A stretch of DNA of 64,000 nt from Tubiluchus corallicola (lineage: Eukaryota > Animalia > Priapulida), in the NCBI GenBank assembly GCA_030141605.1, contig JAQGDQ010000044.1, positions 434,001-498,000 on the forward strand, in the 5' to 3' direction. Of the stretch, positions 61,955 through 64,000 are shown piece by piece. A program made the translations under genes and the position numbers. Every line of letters starts with the position of its first letter. The stretch's first letter is position 1. The notes below the pieces were generated by a model. It did not search any database. It saw only the letters and a program-made list of their open reading frames with translations, and had not been told where the DNA came from.

Positions 61955-62592
61955 ATTTTCAGCTGTTTTAAAGTTTAAAAAAGCTGTAACTTACACAGCA
62001 GATAAACTTTAACGAAGAAACCTCACGAACTGGCCCAAGGTGAGGCTGTCCAGCATAATTAAAGTCAAAAGTAAACAGCAGGAGCATAGCCTTTACGAAA
62101 ACAGCTTAATGTTATGTTAACGGTAACGGTTATTGTTGGAAACACGGGCTCTTAACTTGAAGCTGGTTAATTAGTGACAGGCGGTATGGGCTATAAAATA
62201 TTTTGGCATTGAAAAGCGTAAATTCGGGTGATTATTGCTCTTTTATTTGAATAAAAGCAATAAGATGCAGCGAATTCGTAGACTGGGTTTTGATAACTTA
62301 AATCTTTGCAAAATGAACTTGTGGTAAATGGTAATTACTGTAAAATAAAGACCCGCACTTGAAATTCAGCTTAATCTCCGTATTAATCATTGTCATGTAA
62401 CTTAGACATAGACATAAAAGAATGTACTTGTGCCAAATGGCAAATATTGCAAATGATTCTAATGCGTGGTGTAATTCATTTCTTGTTTGAGGCCGTTCTT
62501 CTGTTGGTCTGGGTAGCTTTTAATATTTTTGTAGTTGTTGCTTGTAATTAGTAGAGAGTAATTAGTATTTTGTGGGTGTAAAGTAATTATTT

Positions 62593-64000
62593 TAGTAATT
62601 GTTATATGGAAATTTTTAATGCTGAATTAAAAGGTGAATTGAATTGAAAAAGTGCGTGTACAACACATTTTATGATGTTATTGTTGTTGTCGTCGTCATT
62701 GTGGCTGTCGCTGTTGGGGAGATACACCAAAATGATAGGCAGGTTCATTATAAATAAAAAGAATAGTAATAAATAATATAATTGTTGTTGTACGTTACAG
62801 TTATAGTATTTGCCTTTCTTCTGCTTAGTTTTTTTTTGTATTTTGCGCTTATTTAAATCGTATTGCAGCGGACAATATCAAGTAGCTTGAAACAAACATT
62901 TGAAGAATCGTCGTTAGACGGCAGCAGCAACATGGCGATGACGATGTTACAAACTGCAGTATAAATATTTGAGTCTTGTTATGTCTCTACTGTGCAGTTT
63001 AAACTTCAGTGCAAGTTTCAAGCTATTTAGGGCATTTTAGGCTTAATCTCTTGACACTTATAATACGCTTATCAGCAATCAAATTCAGAACTAGCAGTTG
63101 TAGTACTTTCATTGACTATCACAAAAATGATATACAAAAACAATAAGGACAAAAAGAGTAGCTGCCGACAAAAGACGAAAAAACTTAACAAATTCTTATA
63201 ACAATTAGTAAAAACAGTCATAAAAATAAAAACAAAACAATGCACATCAAAAAATTATTACTTACAAACAAACTCAATTGAAATGTACTAAAAATTTAAA
63301 TTCATGCTGAACTGAATCTTATTGAACTTCCTCAGCAATCCGCATTTTATTATGTTTATGAATGCAGTTAAACTAAAAATCAGTTAATTTGGCTTTTGTC
63401 TGTCCTTCCATAACCACTTCTTGCTGCCCAGCAATGCAGCCAAATCTCTATTGTAGGGACGGTAGAAGTCGTCCAGTAGCTTCCTTGTGGCGTTCCACAT
63501 TTTAATCTTGTTGATAGATTCGTTCTGCGGCGGAACTTCCGGCGTGTTTACAGGAACTAGAAAAAATAACATGCGAGCGTAAAGGAGCGTTTCAGAAGAG
63601 CTGGCATATCAGGAATTTGTTGAAAATGAAAAAATTTAAATTGCTCTTATTTTTATGCAAATATTTAGTTAGAAATCAATAGTTCCAGGACCTGACTTTG
63701 GGAACAATCACAAGTATTCAATCGGTCAAAACTCACAAAACCATCAAAACAATTAACTAAGCGTAAAAATAATGATTACTGATACTGTTATAAATATAAA
63801 ACATCAAGTTTTTCTGCAGCTTACCACACGAAGGGCCTGTAAAATACTTTAAAGTGTGTCAAACAATAACAATTACAGACAGCGACAGCCACAATGACGA
63901 CGACAACAACAATAACATCATAAAATGTGTTGTACACGCACTTTTTCAATTCAATTCACCTTTTAATTCAGCATTAAAAATTTCCATATAACAATTACTA
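62593..64000. repeat. Perfect inverted repeat pair 62593-62714 / 63879-64000 (second arm runs off the window)
   Basis: 122-nt reverse-complement identity by manual comparison. Confidence 0.9.
63384..63556 (-). CDS. CHST15: Terminal exon of carbohydrate sulfotransferase 15-like (GalNAc4S-6ST-type) protein
   Basis: ttttttctag acceptor, stop TAA at 63384-63386, AATAAA at 63346-63351. MWNATRKLLDDFYRPYNRDLAALLGSKKWLW matches the remembered CHST15-family C-terminus (MW..T..IL.DFYRPFN..LA..L....F.W); orthology is not established. Confidence 0.72.

Overview
AT-rich animal (probably invertebrate) genomic DNA with spliceosomal introns; nothing prokaryotic (no CRISPR array, rRNA or operon). Positions ~0.6-29.3 kb hold one large minus-strand gene. 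I assembled it by hand into 32 frame-compatible exons (7002 nt, ~2334 codons; both ends missing). It encodes two 4-Cys LDLa-like modules plus a degenerate third, an ~840-aa single-exon Thr/Ser/Arg/Pro mucin domain and a Cys-rich EB-like module. These are followed by at least five tandem copies of a SEA-like + Ca-binding EGF + EGF + EB-like cassette. The gene has several oddities: introns at discordant near positions in two repeats, a required GC donor, truncated duplicate exon stubs beside an RTE LINE, and a local intronic repeat family. Positions ~30-63 kb contain no convincing coding exons, only LINE remnants, hAT-type MITEs, tRNA-like relics, micro/minisatellites, hairpins and candidate promoter motifs. 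The terminal exon of a CHST15-like sulfotransferase (minus strand) lies at the window end, bracketed by a perfect >=122-bp inverted repeat. All calls come from manual reading; no database search was run.
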